Assembly: GCA_963706365.1 (NCBI GenBank)
Contig: OY970150.1
Location: 1,338,788-1,402,787 of the forward strand
Length of the DNA: 64,000 bases
Direction: 5' to 3'
Origin: an uncultured Alphaproteobacteria bacterium
Lineage (GTDB): Bacteria > Pseudomonadota > Alphaproteobacteria > JAJTHO01 > G963706365
In this document: positions 40,467 through 51,216 of the stretch, piece after piece
Layout: each line of letters opens with the position of its first letter
Position numbering within the stretch: position 1 is the stretch's first letter
The notes under the pieces: generated by a model
The model's database searches: none
What the model was told of the DNA's origin: nothing
What the model saw: the letters and a program-made list of their open reading frames with translations, nothing else
Made by a program: the position numbers and the translations under genes

Positions 40467-41329
40467 TTTTTAACTATACCCATTTCTACCAGGTTTTTGC
40501 GCACAGCTCTAGTTTCGTTAAACAGCTTTTCTAAAGACTCGCCGTTACCCCAACGAATGTCGCGTTGCAAAGCGGCCAAATCTTCTGAAAAACGACCCAG
40601 CATCTCCAGTAAAGCTGATTTATTCGTTAAACAAATATCGCGCCACATAGCAGGGTCACTGGCGGCAATTCGAGTAAAATCCCTGAATCCTGAGGCACTA
40701 TATTTAAAGATTTCTTTTTTTAGGCTTTCTTCCAAATCTGTAACCGTGCCCACAATATTATAGGCAATCAAATGCGGTAAATGCGATGTAATGGCCAATA
40801 CTTCATCATGATGCTGTGCATCCATTCGATCCACTTTGCTTCCCAAGGCCAGCCAAAGTTTTTCTATTTTATCGGTTGCCCTGTTATCTTCCAAGGGCGT
40901 TAAAATACACCAGTTATCCTGGAATAAAGACGGAAAGCCCGCGCTGGGCCCTGAATACTCTGTGCCAGCAATAGGGTGTGCCGGCACAAAATTATTCTTA
41001 ATATAGGGGGTTACGGTTTTTATGATATATTGTTTGACAGAGCCTACATCTGTAACAACAGCATCTTTTTTTAAATGCGGTGCAATTGTTCTGGCAATTT
41101 TCCCCATTGCCCGCACCGGCGTTGCAAACACAATAAGGTCGGCATTTTTAATGCCTTCGACAAGGTCAGTGGTCGCTACATCAACAATATTGAGTTTTAG
41201 CGCTTCCTTACAGGTCTCTTCCGTACGGGAAACAGCAGTAATATGTTCACAAAGCTTCTCTTGTCGCATTTTTAATGCCATGCTGGAGGCAATTAAACCA
41301 ATGCCTATAAAGGTAACGTTTTGAAACAT
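40463..41329 (-). CDS. tyrC: Prephenate/arogenate (cyclohexadienyl) dehydrogenase
   Basis: N-terminal Rossmann VTFIGIGLIASS, ..AHPIAGTE.. and ..SHLPHLIA.. motifs. Confidence 0.85.
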   Translation of the reverse strand: MFQNVTFIGIGLIASSMALKMRQEKLCEHITAVSRTEETCKEALKLNIVDVATTDLVEGIKNADLIVFATPVRAMGKIARTIAPHLKKDAVVTDVGSVKQYIIKTVTPYIKNNFVPAHPIAGTEYSGPSAGFPSLFQDNWCILTPLEDNRATDKIEKLWLALGSKVDRMDAQHHDEVLAITSHLPHLIAYNIVGTVTDLEESLKKEIFKYSASGFRDFTRIAASDPAMWRDICLTNKSALLEMLGRFSEDLAALQRDIRWGNGESLEKLFNETRAVRKNLVEMGIVKK

Positions 41330-41431
41330 AGAAAATCTTATAGATTGTTATTATTAAGGTGACAATTTCTAAGGCGTTATTGAGATAAGGATGCCATTGA
41401 AATTATTCTGTCTCGCGATCATTATAAAAGG

Positions 41432-42121
41432 ATGCCTTTTACAGCCACTATCTTAACTATTCACCCCGAAGCATTTCCTGGTATCTTATCCACGGGCGTT
41501 GTGGGGCGCGGTTTGCGTGAGGAAAGATGGCATTTAAATGCCATTAATATTCGAGATTTTGCCGAGGATAACCACCGCTCTGTAGATGATACCCCCTATG
41601 GTGGCGGGGCGGGGATGGTTCTACGCGCGGATATACTAGGGAAAACAATTGATTCTTTGGAAAATAAAACAAATCTCTTTTATTTATCGCCACGCGGTAA
41701 ACCTATTACGCAACAATGGTGCATGGAACAATCTCAGCAGCAAAGTATTACTTTACTATGTGGCCGGTATGAAGGTGTAGACCAGCGTGTGTTAGACCAT
41801 TATAACATTCAGGAAATTAGTATTGGTGACTATGTACTATCCGGCGGTGAAGTGGCCGCTATGGTAACACTCGATGCGATTATAAGGCTAATTCCTGGTA
41901 TTTTCGGTAATGCCGATAGCGGTGAAGAAGAAAGCTTTAGCAATAATTTACTTGAATACCCCCACTACACCCGCCCCCTGGAATGGCAGCAAAAAGAAGT
42001 GCCCGAAGTATTGCGTTCAGGCAATCACCAGGCAATAAAACAGTGGCGCGATAAACAATCCTGTGCTATAACGCGAGCCCAACGTCCTGATTTATGGGCG
42101 CAATATATGAAAAATCAGTAA
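41432..42121 (+). CDS. trmD: tRNA (guanine37-N1)-methyltransferase
   Basis: ..DDTPYGGGAGMV.., ..LLCGRYEGVDQRV.., ..SIGDYVLSGGE.. motifs. Confidence 0.95.
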   Translation: MPFTATILTIHPEAFPGILSTGVVGRGLREERWHLNAINIRDFAEDNHRSVDDTPYGGGAGMVLRADILGKTIDSLENKTNLFYLSPRGKPITQQWCMEQSQQQSITLLCGRYEGVDQRVLDHYNIQEISIGDYVLSGGEVAAMVTLDAIIRLIPGIFGNADSGEEESFSNNLLEYPHYTRPLEWQQKEVPEVLRSGNHQAIKQWRDKQSCAITRAQRPDLWAQYMKNQ

Positions 42122-42172
42122 CGGTATGACTATTTTGCCGATAGTCCTCTGCTTTAAAAACGGAATAGTGCT

Positions 42173-42610
42173 ATGACAAACCCGATTCTAAAATTTGAAC
42201 AAGATCAAATTGCTAAACTAACAGAAAATAAAGAAATTCCAGACTTTGCAGCCGGTGACACCGTGCGTGTAAATGTAAAAATTAAGGAAGGCACGCGGGA
42301 ACGTGTGCAGGCTTACGAAGGTGTCTGTATTGCCCGTAAAAATGCTGGTCTGAATTCCAGTTTCACCGTGCGTAAAATTTCTTATGGTGAAGGTGTGGAA
42401 CGCGTATTCCCGCTTTATTCCCCATTACTAGATTCTATTGAAGTGGTGCGTAAAGGCCATGTGCGTCGTGCAAAACTTTACTATCTTCGTGGTCGTACCG
42501 GTAAAGCAGCGCGTATCCGCGAGCGTACTTCTGGTGCTGGTTTCCGGGGCGAAAACTCACCGGCCAGTAAAGCCGCGAACAAAGCGAAAAATAAAACAGC
42601 AGTAAAATAA
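42173..42610 (+). CDS. rplS: 50S ribosomal protein L19
   Basis: ..[55 protein letters not shown].., with a basic C-terminal tail. Confidence 0.96.
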   Translation: MTNPILKFEQDQIAKLTENKEIPDFAAGDTVRVNVKIKEGTRERVQAYEGVCIARKNAGLNSSFTVRKISYGEGVERVFPLYSPLLDSIEVVRKGHVRRAKLYYLRGRTGKAARIRERTSGAGFRGENSPASKAANKAKNKTAVK

Positions 42611-42613
42611 CGT

Positions 42614-44014
42614 ATGCCTAAAACACTTTTTGACAAAATCTGGGATGCCCATGTGGTGAACCAGCAAGATGATGGCACCTGTTTACTATACATAGACCGA
42701 CACCTGGTACATGAGGTAACCAGCCCACAAGCTTTTGAAGGGTTGCGTACAACGGGTCGTAAAGTGCGTCAGCCAGCCGCAACCTTGGCCGTGGCTGATC
42801 ATAATGTTCCTACAGAAGGTCGTGCCAACGGTATTGCGGATGAAGATTCCCGCGTACAGGTGCAAACACTAGAAAATAATACCCGCGAATTTGGGGTGCC
42901 TTATTTTTCCATGTCAGATATTCGCCAGGGTATTGTGCATGTTATTGGGCCCGAACAGGGGTTCACCCTGCCGGGTATGACCATTGTTTGTGGTGATAGC
43001 CACACCTCTACGCATGGTGCCTTTGGTGCCCTGGCCTTTGGTATTGGCACCAGTGAAGTTGAGCACGTAATGGCAACACAAACGCTGTTGCAAAAGCCTG
43101 CAAAAAACATGCGCATCACTGTAAAAGGTCAGCCGCCGAAAGGTGTGGGTGCGAAAGATATTATTATTGCGATTATTGGTAAAATCGGTACCGCTGGTGG
43201 CACCGGCTATGTTATTGAATATGCAGGGGATGCGATTCAGGCACTGTCCATTGAAGGCCGAATGACTATTTGCAATATGTCTATCGAAGCTGGCGCCCGT
43301 GCTGGTTTGATTGCACCAGATGAAACAACCTTTGAATATTTAAAAGGCCGCCCGTTAACACCAAAAGCGGGCAACTGGGAACAAGCCGTAGAATATTGGA
43401 AAACCTTACCTTCAGACGAAAGCGCGTTTTACGATAAAGAGGTGGAAATTGATATTTCCAACATTGCACCACAAGTAACCTGGGGTACCAGCCCGCAAGA
43501 CACAGCAGAAGTGACATCAACAGTACCCAACCCCAAAGATTTTGATAGCGAAGACCGACAGCGTGCGGTGCAACGTTCTTTAGATTACATGGGTTTAACC
43601 GCCGGAATGCCCATTGCTGACATTAAAATTGATACGGTTTTTATTGGTTCTTGCACCAATTCAAGAATTGAAGATTTGCGGCAGGCGGCTTCTGTTGCGA
43701 AAGGCCGTAAGGTAAAAGACGGTATTCGTGCCATGGTAGTGCCTGGTTCTGGCCTAGTAAAAGAACAGGCTGAATCGGAAGGCTTGGATCAAATCTTTAT
43801 TGAAGCTGGTTTTGATTGGCGCGAGCCAGGCTGCTCTATGTGCCTGGCCATGAATGCTGATAAGTTGTCTCCTGGCGAACGCGCAGCTAGCACCAGCAAC
43901 CGCAACTTTGAAGGCCGACAAGGCCGAGGCGGCAGAACCCATTTAGTAAGCCCCATCATGGCCGCCGCCGCCGCCATTGAAGGGCGGTTGGTGGATGTTC
44001 GGAGTTATCTATAA
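42614..44014 (+). CDS. leuC: 3-isopropylmalate dehydratase large subunit
   Basis: ..[17 protein letters not shown].., ..[21 protein letters not shown].., ..[11 protein letters not shown].. aconitase-family Fe-S motifs. Confidence 0.95.
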   Translation: MPKTLFDKIWDAHVVNQQDDGTCLLYIDRHLVHEVTSPQAFEGLRTTGRKVRQPAATLAVADHNVPTEGRANGIADEDSRVQVQTLENNTREFGVPYFSMSDIRQGIVHVIGPEQGFTLPGMTIVCGDSHTSTHGAFGALAFGIGTSEVEHVMATQTLLQKPAKNMRITVKGQPPKGVGAKDIIIAIIGKIGTAGGTGYVIEYAGDAIQALSIEGRMTICNMSIEAGARAGLIAPDETTFEYLKGRPLTPKAGNWEQAVEYWKTLPSDESAFYDKEVEIDISNIAPQVTWGTSPQDTAEVTSTVPNPKDFDSEDRQRAVQRSLDYMGLTAGMPIADIKIDTVFIGSCTNSRIEDLRQAASVAKGRKVKDGIRAMVVPGSGLVKEQAESEGLDQIFIEAGFDWREPGCSMCLAMNADKLSPGERAASTSNRNFEGRQGRGGRTHLVSPIMAAAAAIEGRLVDVRSYL

Positions 44015-44060
44015 AAGATTTTTTGCGAACCAATCCCATCGCTCATCCCTTAAATAAAAT

Positions 44061-44189
44061 TATAGCCCTTCCAAAATAAAACCGTGAGGGGCTCCGAGCG
44101 GTGCAAAATTTCGCTCATGTATGAAGAATACACTGCGCTCAATTTTACTTGCTCTCGCCTCCACACGGATTTATTTTGGAAGCACTATA
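44061..44189 (+). repeat. Family-1 palindromic repeat, copy B
   Basis: Near-identical to 55532-55656 and to the reverse complement of 11265-11389. Inverted termini CTTCCAAAATAAAACCGTG / CACGGATTTATTTTGGAAG. Confidence 0.85.
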
Positions 44190-44598
44190 TAACAAAACTA
44201 CCGCTAATCAAAATCGTCTTTCCACCGAAGAATGGAAACTATGCCTGAGGCAGTGCAACAGCTTCAATTTTAGCGGAAAAGGCTTCTCTTGCGATCAAGT
44301 ATCGACACATACTATTTTGAGAAATATTACTTTGACTGGGCAAATAGCTATACGTAAATTGTATGTGATATTTTAACTTTTTTAGTAAGCAATAATATGG
44401 CATAATAAAGGTATGGTCGAAGATAACACTGGTAGAGATGGATATATAAAAATTCAAATAACGAATACTGGTTCTACACCATCTACACCTATTGATGCTA
44501 ATAAACCACTGAAAGATTTAACTCCTGAAGAGCTAATACGGCTTAAGTATAATTTAGAACAAGAGCTTCATAAATCCTTTGGCTCAAGAGACTAACCC

Positions 44599-45960
44599 CT
44601 ACCGCTTGTGTAACGGCATATAGTCGCGGTGTTGCTCGCCGCGGTATAGTTGGCGTGGGCGGCCAATACGGTGTTTGGGGTCTTCGATCATTTCTTTCCA
44701 TTGGCTGATCCAGCCAACTGTTCTGGCCAACGCAAATAACACAGTAAACATACTAGTGGGGAAGCCCATGGAACGTAGAATAATACCGGAATAGAAATCA
44801 ACGTTCGGGAATAGCTTGCGGTCTACGAAATATTCGTCTTCTAGGGCAATGCGTTCCAATTCCATCGCCAGTTCAAGCTGCGGGTCGTTTATACCAATTT
44901 CGTTTAACACTTCGTGGCAGGTTTTGCGCATAACAGTGGCACGTGGGTCATAGTTTTTGTAAACACGGTGACCAAAACCCATTAGGCGGAATGGATCATC
45001 TTTGTCTTTCGCTTTTTCCAAAAATGCTGGGATATTTTCTTTTTTACCAATTTGAGCCAGCATTTTTAGTACCGCTTCGTTGGCACCACCGTGTGCAGGG
45101 CCCCAAAGAGAAGCAATACCAGCGGCAATACAGGCAAACGGGTTAGCACCAGTAGAACCAGCCAAACGCACCGTTGAGGTAGAGGCATTTTGCTCGTGAT
45201 CAGCATGTAGAATAAAAATACGATCCATTGCTCTGGCCAGGGTGGGGCTTACTTTGTAAGGCTCGCAAGGCACAGAGAACATCATGTTCAAAAAGTTTTC
45301 AGAATAGCTTAAATCATTACGTGGGTAAACAAATGGCTGCCCAATAGAATATTTATAGGTCATTGCCGCCAGGGTTGGCATTTTAGCAATCAGGCGGTGT
45401 GCGGAAATTTCTCGCTGTTGCGGGTCGTTAATATCCAGGCTATCGTGATAGAAAGCCGATAGCGCCCCAACGACGCCACACATAATGGCCATGGGGTGGG
45501 CATCGCTGCGGAAGCCGCGGAAAAAGTAATTTAGCTGCTCGTTTACCATGGTGTGCATGGTTATCTTGAGGCTGAACGCCGCCTTCTCTTTTTGGCTTGG
45601 CAGCTCGCCATGTAGCAATAGATAGCAAACTTCCATAAAGTCAGAATGTTCAGCCAAGTCTTCAATCGCATAGCCGCGATGCATTAAAATCCCCTGGTCG
45701 CCATCAATAAAAGTGATGTTAGAATGGCAGGAGGCAGTAGAAGCATAGCCTGGATCAAAGGTAAAATAGCCACTTTCGCCATATAACCGACGCACATCAA
45801 TAACCGAGGGGCCTTCGGTGGCGTGGTAAACAGGGAGGTCGTACTGTCGATTAGTCTTAGGATCAGTTAATGTTACAAATTCTTGCTCAGCCGCCGTTTC
45901 GGGGGAATTTCCTGATGAATTTTGTTGTTCATTGTTATTTTTCATAATTGCCATCGACAT
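44599..45960 (-). CDS. gltA: Citrate synthase
   Basis: ..[15 protein letters not shown].. and ..[14 protein letters not shown].. motifs; 453 aa. Confidence 0.96.
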   Translation of the reverse strand: MSMAIMKNNNEQQNSSGNSPETAAEQEFVTLTDPKTNRQYDLPVYHATEGPSVIDVRRLYGESGYFTFDPGYASTASCHSNITFIDGDQGILMHRGYAIEDLAEHSDFMEVCYLLLHGELPSQKEKAAFSLKITMHTMVNEQLNYFFRGFRSDAHPMAIMCGVVGALSAFYHDSLDINDPQQREISAHRLIAKMPTLAAMTYKYSIGQPFVYPRNDLSYSENFLNMMFSVPCEPYKVSPTLARAMDRIFILHADHEQNASTSTVRLAGSTGANPFACIAAGIASLWGPAHGGANEAVLKMLAQIGKKENIPAFLEKAKDKDDPFRLMGFGHRVYKNYDPRATVMRKTCHEVLNEIGINDPQLELAMELERIALEDEYFVDRKLFPNVDFYSGIILRSMGFPTSMFTVLFALARTVGWISQWKEMIEDPKHRIGRPRQLYRGEQHRDYMPLHKR

Positions 45961-46090
45961 AATGTATCCTTTTATCGCCTAAAGAACCCTAGTATTGAAC
46001 TAAAATTCTTAAATTATAGTTATGCTCTCATTGTATGATATAGATTGAAATGCTTCACAACAACCCTAGCATGGATTATCAAGTATAAAA

Positions 46091-46576
46091 ATGATGCAGG
46101 GATTTATTGAAATTGGCAAAATTACCGCCGCGCACGGTCTGAAGGGGCAAGTGAAAATTCATAGTTATACAGAAAACCCTTTGGATATTAAAGATTACGC
46201 TTTGTTTGATGCCAAAAAGCAACCTTATCAAATAATGAAGGCGAGTATGGCGGGGCGTGCTGTGTTGGTAACTTTGAACGCAGTTACTGATCGTAATCAG
46301 GCAGAGGCACTGAAAGGTATAACGCTTTATATCCAGCAAGATGCGTTATCAGCGCAAGAAGGCGAAGTTTATCATAAGGATATCATTGGCCAGCCGGTTC
46401 TTAATCGGGAAAATAAAGATTTGGGAAAAATTACTGGTATCTTTAATTTTGGTGCCGGTGATGTTGTGGAAATAAAATTACTGAGTAATAAAGAAGTAAT
46501 GATTCCTTTGGAAGAATGTTCCTTTGAGGAAGAAAATATTATTATTAATGAAACGTCTTTAGAAAGTTTTATGTGA
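46091..46576 (+). CDS. rimM: 16S rRNA processing protein RimM
   Basis: ..IGKITAAHGLKGQVKIHSYTENP.. and a PRC-barrel C-terminus. Confidence 0.88.
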   Translation: MMQGFIEIGKITAAHGLKGQVKIHSYTENPLDIKDYALFDAKKQPYQIMKASMAGRAVLVTLNAVTDRNQAEALKGITLYIQQDALSAQEGEVYHKDIIGQPVLNRENKDLGKITGIFNFGAGDVVEIKLLSNKEVMIPLEECSFEEENIIINETSLESFM

Positions 46577-46607
46577 CATTGCAGGTAGGCTTTAATAATA
46601 AGATACC

Positions 46608-48005
46608 ATGCGTACTGCCATTCCTCTAGAAACAAAAACCTTACACTTTGTTGGCATCGGCGGCATTGGGATGAGTGGCATTGCAGAGATTTTGCATAAC
46701 CTGGGTTACTGTATTCAGGGCAGTGATATTGCTGAAAGTGGCAATGTAACAAGACTTCGTGAAAAAGGTATTCCGGTCTATATTGGCCAGAACGCTGATA
46801 ATCTAAAAGAGGCCGGTGCCGTGATTATTTCAACAGCGGTAAAGCAAGATAATCCTGAGGTTGTGGCCGCTCGTGCGGCAAGATTGCCGGTAGTACGCCG
46901 CGCCGATATGCTGGCGGAATTAACACGTTTGAAATGGTCAGTCGGAGTGGCGGGCACGCATGGGAAAACCACTACCACCACGATTGTTTCCAGTGTTTTA
47001 GAGGCCGCCCATTATGACCCAACGGTTATTAACGGTGGTATTATCAATGCCTATGGCAGCAATACACGGCTGGGGCAGGGGGATTGGATGGTGGTGGAAT
47101 CGGACGAATCAGACGGCACCTTTTTAAAGGTACGCCCCACCATCGCGATTATAACGAATATTGATCCTGAGCATCTTGACTATTATGGCAGTTACGAAGC
47201 GCTGGAAAATGCCTTTGTACAATTTATTCAAAATGTACCATTTTACGGTTGCGGCATTGTGTGTACGGATAACAAAAACGTACAAACCATTTTGCCTCGC
47301 TTAACGGATCGAGCCTTATTAACCTATGGCTTTAATGGCCAGGCTGATGTGATGGGCGATAATTTGCATCAATCTATTAATGGCTGCACATTTGATGTAC
47401 GTATTGGCGATGAAGTTATAAAAAGTTTAAAACTGCCCATGGCTGGGCAGCATAATGCCACAAATGCCCTGGCCGCGGTGGCAGTGGCGCATCGACTGGG
47501 TATTGGTGAGGAAGCATTAAGAAAAGGTCTGGCCAATTTTTCTGGGGTGAAAAGACGTTTCACAACAGTCGGCCAGTTTAACCAGGCCACGGTGGTGGAT
47601 GATTATGCGCACCACCCAACAGAAATTGCTGCGGTTTTAAAAACAGCACGCCAGGTTGCTGGCGAACATAAAACCGTGGCCGTATTTCAGCCACATCGTT
47701 ACAGCCGCTTAAAAGACCTTTGGAAAGAGTTTTCCAGCTGTTTTAACGAAGTTGATACGGTTCTTGTGTGCCCAGTTTACGCGGCGGGCGAAACCCCTAT
47801 TGATGGTATCGAGCATCATACTTTTGCGAAGGCACTTCAAACCATGGGGCATAAATCTGTTATTGTGCTGGATGATATGACGCAACTGGCAGCAAAGCTT
47901 GCAGATGAGGTCAACCCAAAAGATTATATTATCTGTATGGGGGCAGGGGATATTACAGGCTATGCCGCGTCGTTGGTTGATAGTTCCAAAGCTAAAGTTG
48001 CTTAG
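46608..48005 (+). CDS. murC: UDP-N-acetylmuramate--L-alanine ligase
   Basis: ..HFVGIGGIGMSGIAEIL.., ..VAGTHGKTTTT.., ..DDYAHHPTEI.. motifs. Confidence 0.96.
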   Translation: MRTAIPLETKTLHFVGIGGIGMSGIAEILHNLGYCIQGSDIAESGNVTRLREKGIPVYIGQNADNLKEAGAVIISTAVKQDNPEVVAARAARLPVVRRADMLAELTRLKWSVGVAGTHGKTTTTTIVSSVLEAAHYDPTVINGGIINAYGSNTRLGQGDWMVVESDESDGTFLKVRPTIAIITNIDPEHLDYYGSYEALENAFVQFIQNVPFYGCGIVCTDNKNVQTILPRLTDRALLTYGFNGQADVMGDNLHQSINGCTFDVRIGDEVIKSLKLPMAGQHNATNALAAVAVAHRLGIGEEALRKGLANFSGVKRRFTTVGQFNQATVVDDYAHHPTEIAAVLKTARQVAGEHKTVAVFQPHRYSRLKDLWKEFSSCFNEVDTVLVCPVYAAGETPIDGIEHHTFAKALQTMGHKSVIVLDDMTQLAAKLADEVNPKDYIICMGAGDITGYAASLVDSSKAKVA

Positions 48006-48014
48006 AGCTTGTTT

Positions 48015-48335
48015 TTAAGCATACAAATGGTCATCATCTGAAATTAATTCAGCTTCACGCAATTTACGCACAAGCACGGAACGCTCTTCCATAATACCCA
48101 GGTCATATAAATCACATAACACACGGTCGATTAGGCTTTCATCACAATCTGTTTCGGCATAATATTCAACCAGGCTATTAACATAATTGTCTGCTTCATC
48201 AGCATAATAACCTAATTCATCGGCAATGCGGCGCGCAAAAATAGCTGTACGGTGAGAAAGTAAGCGAAAAGAAAGCGTGTTAGCATGGATGTAAGCGGAC
48301 TCTAATGCCGCCTCGCGCGCTGCAAATAGTTTCAT
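48015..48335 (-). CDS. DUF1476-family protein (F1-ATPase inhibitor zeta-subunit-like)
   Basis: 106 aa. ..FAAREAALESAYIHANTLSFRLLSHRTAIFARRIADELG.. resembles the alphaproteobacterial zeta/DUF1476 family in layout and size. Confidence 0.6.
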   Translation of the reverse strand: MKLFAAREAALESAYIHANTLSFRLLSHRTAIFARRIADELGYYADEADNYVNSLVEYYAETDCDESLIDRVLCDLYDLGIMEERSVLVRKLREAELISDDDHLYA

Positions 48336-48418
48336 AATATTACCTTTTATAATGATGTTTAAAAAATATAGTATTTTCAGTACTATTTGTATCCTACGTC
48401 ACAAATTTATAAAAAGTA

Positions 48419-50116
48419 TTAACGTTTGGCCATTGGATAGAAAATTTCTTGGGCATTGCCTGTGGGGCGTATAATGTTACAACCTTTCGGTGTTTCCAGT
48501 TTCGTAATAACGGTCGCGCCCTGAACAGTGCAACCTGTTTCAACCCCTTGATACATGCCCGCGATAATATAGTGATCTAACTGGCAGGGATCTTCTTTGC
48601 ATTTAATTATTTCATAATCGGGCTTGCCGTAATGTTCTGCCCATTTTTCTGCCACAAAGCGGGAAGGTTTCCAGCCAATGGCGATAACTTTATTGGCCGT
48701 TATTTTGCCCAATATTCTGCCATCGTGACTAATAACATAATCGGGTATAGTCGGGAAAGCAAAGTAGCTGCCGGCAATAACAGGTACCAACCCAACCCAG
48801 CGCCATTTAGCATAATAATGCCCCGCCAATATTATAAACATACCTGCGGTAATAAGCCAGACGCTGCCGCCGGATAACGGGGGAAAAAGCATAACAGCAT
48901 GCGGCAAGCGTGCTAGATATTGGGCGGTTTGCTCCAAAAGATAAAGTGGCCAATGTGCTAAAGATAAAAAATATTGCTCTAACCCCAGAGGCAGGCTTAA
49001 AACTGATACAATCAGAAGGGGCATAATCAGCAGGCCGGTCAAGGGGATGGCAATCAGATTACCAATCGCCCCGTAAAGCGGCACTTTGTGAAAATGATAA
49101 GCCACCATTGGCGCGGTGATAACGTTAATATACAGCGTTACAACAAATAAACCGATGAAATAGTTTAATACTTTTTGCCCTGTATCACGTTGCTTAAAAG
49201 GTTGCCGTGGTTGGCGATAATATAAGATAAGAATGGCGGCGGCAGTAAAAGAAAGTTGAAACCCCACGCCTGTTACGGCTTGTGCATCTATGGCAATAAC
49301 GGCGATGGCGGCTAAGCCCAAACTCCATAAGGATAACGCTTGCCGATCAACCAGTATGGCTAACAGGATAATAGTTGTCATAATAAAAGCACGCTGGGTT
49401 GAAACCGGCGCTCCTGCTAAGAGCAAATAAGCAAAAGCCGCTAATATCGCAAAAAAAGCTGCTGGTTTTTTGGCGTTAACAGTATGGTTAAAAGCCAGTA
49501 ATCGCCGTATCAGCATATAAATCAGGCCAGACACCATTGCCATATGCATACCGGAAATAGCCAGCAGATGCGCTAGGCCGGAGGCGCGCATTGCTTCAAC
49601 AGTATCCTTAGTTAAGTAACCTCGTACACCCGTGATTAATGCCGCTGCAAAGGCACCGGAAGAAGGGGTAGGCGCGGTATTATAAAGATGCTCTGCTAAA
49701 TTTAGTCGGAATTGTCTTATCTTATAGGTAAAAGTCAGCTCTTCAGATTCTCGAACAACAACAATTTTGCCCATGCCATAGCCAGTAGCATCTATCCCCT
49801 TGTTCTTTAAATATTGCCCCCAATCAAAACCATTGGGCGTTAGGGGTGGATCAGGAATTTGCGCTTTCACCGGGAAATTAACAACCTGGCCAATTTTTAA
49901 ATGGCTATACAGTCTTTTTGAAGTGCTGATCCTAAAAGTTTCCGCCTCAATAGGGCTGGAATATTTTCCTGGTATTACTTCCTCTGCTTTAATTACTAGA
50001 TAAATGCGCCCGCCGCGCGGCTCCATATTTTCTATGATGCCGGTTAGATAGTAGTATTGTGCTTTTGCATAAGCTGTCTGGCTGAAAAACAACCCAAAAA
50101 TCAGTAAAAAACGCAC
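48419..50116 (-). CDS. ComEC/Rec2-family membrane protein (no beta-lactamase domain evident)
   Basis: OB-fold-like N-region, then about 9 TM helices with ..LAHLLAISGMHMAMV.. and ..GFQLSFTA.. competence-domain motifs. Confidence 0.8.
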   Translation of the reverse strand: MRFLLIFGLFFSQTAYAKAQYYYLTGIIENMEPRGGRIYLVIKAEEVIPGKYSSPIEAETFRISTSKRLYSHLKIGQVVNFPVKAQIPDPPLTPNGFDWGQYLKNKGIDATGYGMGKIVVVRESEELTFTYKIRQFRLNLAEHLYNTAPTPSSGAFAAALITGVRGYLTKDTVEAMRASGLAHLLAISGMHMAMVSGLIYMLIRRLLAFNHTVNAKKPAAFFAILAAFAYLLLAGAPVSTQRAFIMTTIILLAILVDRQALSLWSLGLAAIAVIAIDAQAVTGVGFQLSFTAAAILILYYRQPRQPFKQRDTGQKVLNYFIGLFVVTLYINVITAPMVAYHFHKVPLYGAIGNLIAIPLTGLLIMPLLIVSVLSLPLGLEQYFLSLAHWPLYLLEQTAQYLARLPHAVMLFPPLSGGSVWLITAGMFIILAGHYYAKWRWVGLVPVIAGSYFAFPTIPDYVISHDGRILGKITANKVIAIGWKPSRFVAEKWAEHYGKPDYEIIKCKEDPCQLDHYIIAGMYQGVETGCTVQGATVITKLETPKGCNIIRPTGNAQEIFYPMAKR

Positions 50117-50168
50117 AAAGTTCTATACCTACTTGCGCTCTATAAAACAACACGTTAGAGAAGTTGCT

Positions 50169-51101
50169 ATGAAAATGACCCAACGTGTAAAAAAGATTCT
50201 GGCTAATTATCAAAGCGATTGTCCCGGTGTGAAAACCAACTTGGCGCGCCTTCTAATGCAAGGAAAACTAGGCGGCAGTGGGAAATTGGTTATTTTGCCG
50301 GTTGATCAGGGCTTTGAACATGGTCCCGCCCGTAGTTTTGCTGTTAACCCAGCTGCTTATGACCCTTTGTATCATTATCAAATGGCTGTTGATGCACAGC
50401 TTTCTGCCTTTGCTGCGCCTTTGGGTATGTTACAGGCCGGTGCTGACACGTTTGCCGGGCAGATTCCAACAATCCTAAAAATGAACAGTGCCAATAGCTT
50501 GTCGGAGCAAGCAGAAGGGCCTAATCAGGCAATTACCGGCAGCATACAAGACGCTTTAGAGCTAGGCTGTTCAGCTATTGGTTTTACAACGTACCCTGGT
50601 TCCAACCATAACATGGAATTGCTGGAAGAAATTGCTGAATTATCACGCGAAGCCAAAAGCTATGGTATCGCCACGGTAACATGGGCGTATGTGCGTGGTA
50701 CTCATTTAGATAAAAATGCAGAAACAGCTGTCGATAATATTGCCTATGGTGCACATATGGCGGCATTGATGGGCGCACATATTATTAAAGTAAAATTGCC
50801 AACGGATCATATTGACGGCACCGCCTCTAAAGATGCGTTTCAAAAGAATAAAATTGCAATCAGTACGCCCGCTGACCGTGTAAAAGAAGTGGTACGCAGC
50901 TGTTTTGATGGCCGTCGTATGGTTGTATTTTCTGGTGGTGATGCCAAAGGTTTGGATGCCGTTTACGATGACGCCCGCGCCATCCGCGATGGTGGGGGGC
51001 ATGGTTCCATTATCGGTAGAAATGCATTCCAGCGTCCGAGAGAAGAGGCTTTGGAAATGTTTGATAAAATGATCAAGATTTTGACGGCGAAACAGCCTTA
51101 G
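50169..51101 (+). CDS. fbaB: Class I fructose-bisphosphate aldolase (FbaB/DhnA type)
   Basis: ..GKLVILPVDQGFEHGP..F..NP..YDP.. and ..HIIKVKLP.. (Schiff-base Lys region) align with E. coli FbaB. ATG at 50169 is preferred over TTG at 50133. Confidence 0.85.
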   Translation: MKMTQRVKKILANYQSDCPGVKTNLARLLMQGKLGGSGKLVILPVDQGFEHGPARSFAVNPAAYDPLYHYQMAVDAQLSAFAAPLGMLQAGADTFAGQIPTILKMNSANSLSEQAEGPNQAITGSIQDALELGCSAIGFTTYPGSNHNMELLEEIAELSREAKSYGIATVTWAYVRGTHLDKNAETAVDNIAYGAHMAALMGAHIIKVKLPTDHIDGTASKDAFQKNKIAISTPADRVKEVVRSCFDGRRMVVFSGGDAKGLDAVYDDARAIRDGGGHGSIIGRNAFQRPREEALEMFDKMIKILTAKQP

Positions 51102-51216
51102 AGCTTACCGCAAAACCTGCGAACAAGTTGAATTTTGTCTTTTTCGCTGCAATTCATTCCTTTAATGTTTCAGTAGCTTACCGTCGGTGACTGGTTCTAT
51201 AGTGATTCCACGAAAC
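51102..51216. repeat. Composite repeat junction: short family-2 element flanked by a 9-bp direct repeat, plus termini of other repeats
   Basis: 51111-51174 matches the two ends of the longer copy at 63820-64000. AGCTTACCG occurs at 51102-51110 and 51175-51183. GGTGACTGGTTC (51186-51197) is the reverse complement of the hairpin arm at 5261-5272. TATAGTGATTCCA (51198-51210) equals the left terminus of family-1 copy C. Confidence 0.7.

Noticed and set aside
44149-44595. Short ORFs in the AT-rich pocket after leuC (44149-44376 plus, 44239-44457 minus, 44413-44595 plus)
   Set aside because: They have no convincing SD, no recognisable motif, mutual overlap and stop-poor AT-rich sequence. The 60-aa 44413-44595 ORF cannot be excluded but is unsupported.
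49989-50213. 74-aa minus-strand ORF spanning the comEC start and the aldolase start region, and the TTG 50133 start of the aldolase ORF
   Set aside because: The ORF overlaps two better-supported genes. For the aldolase gene, the ATG at 50169 (MKMTQRVKKIL..) fits FbaB N-termini better.
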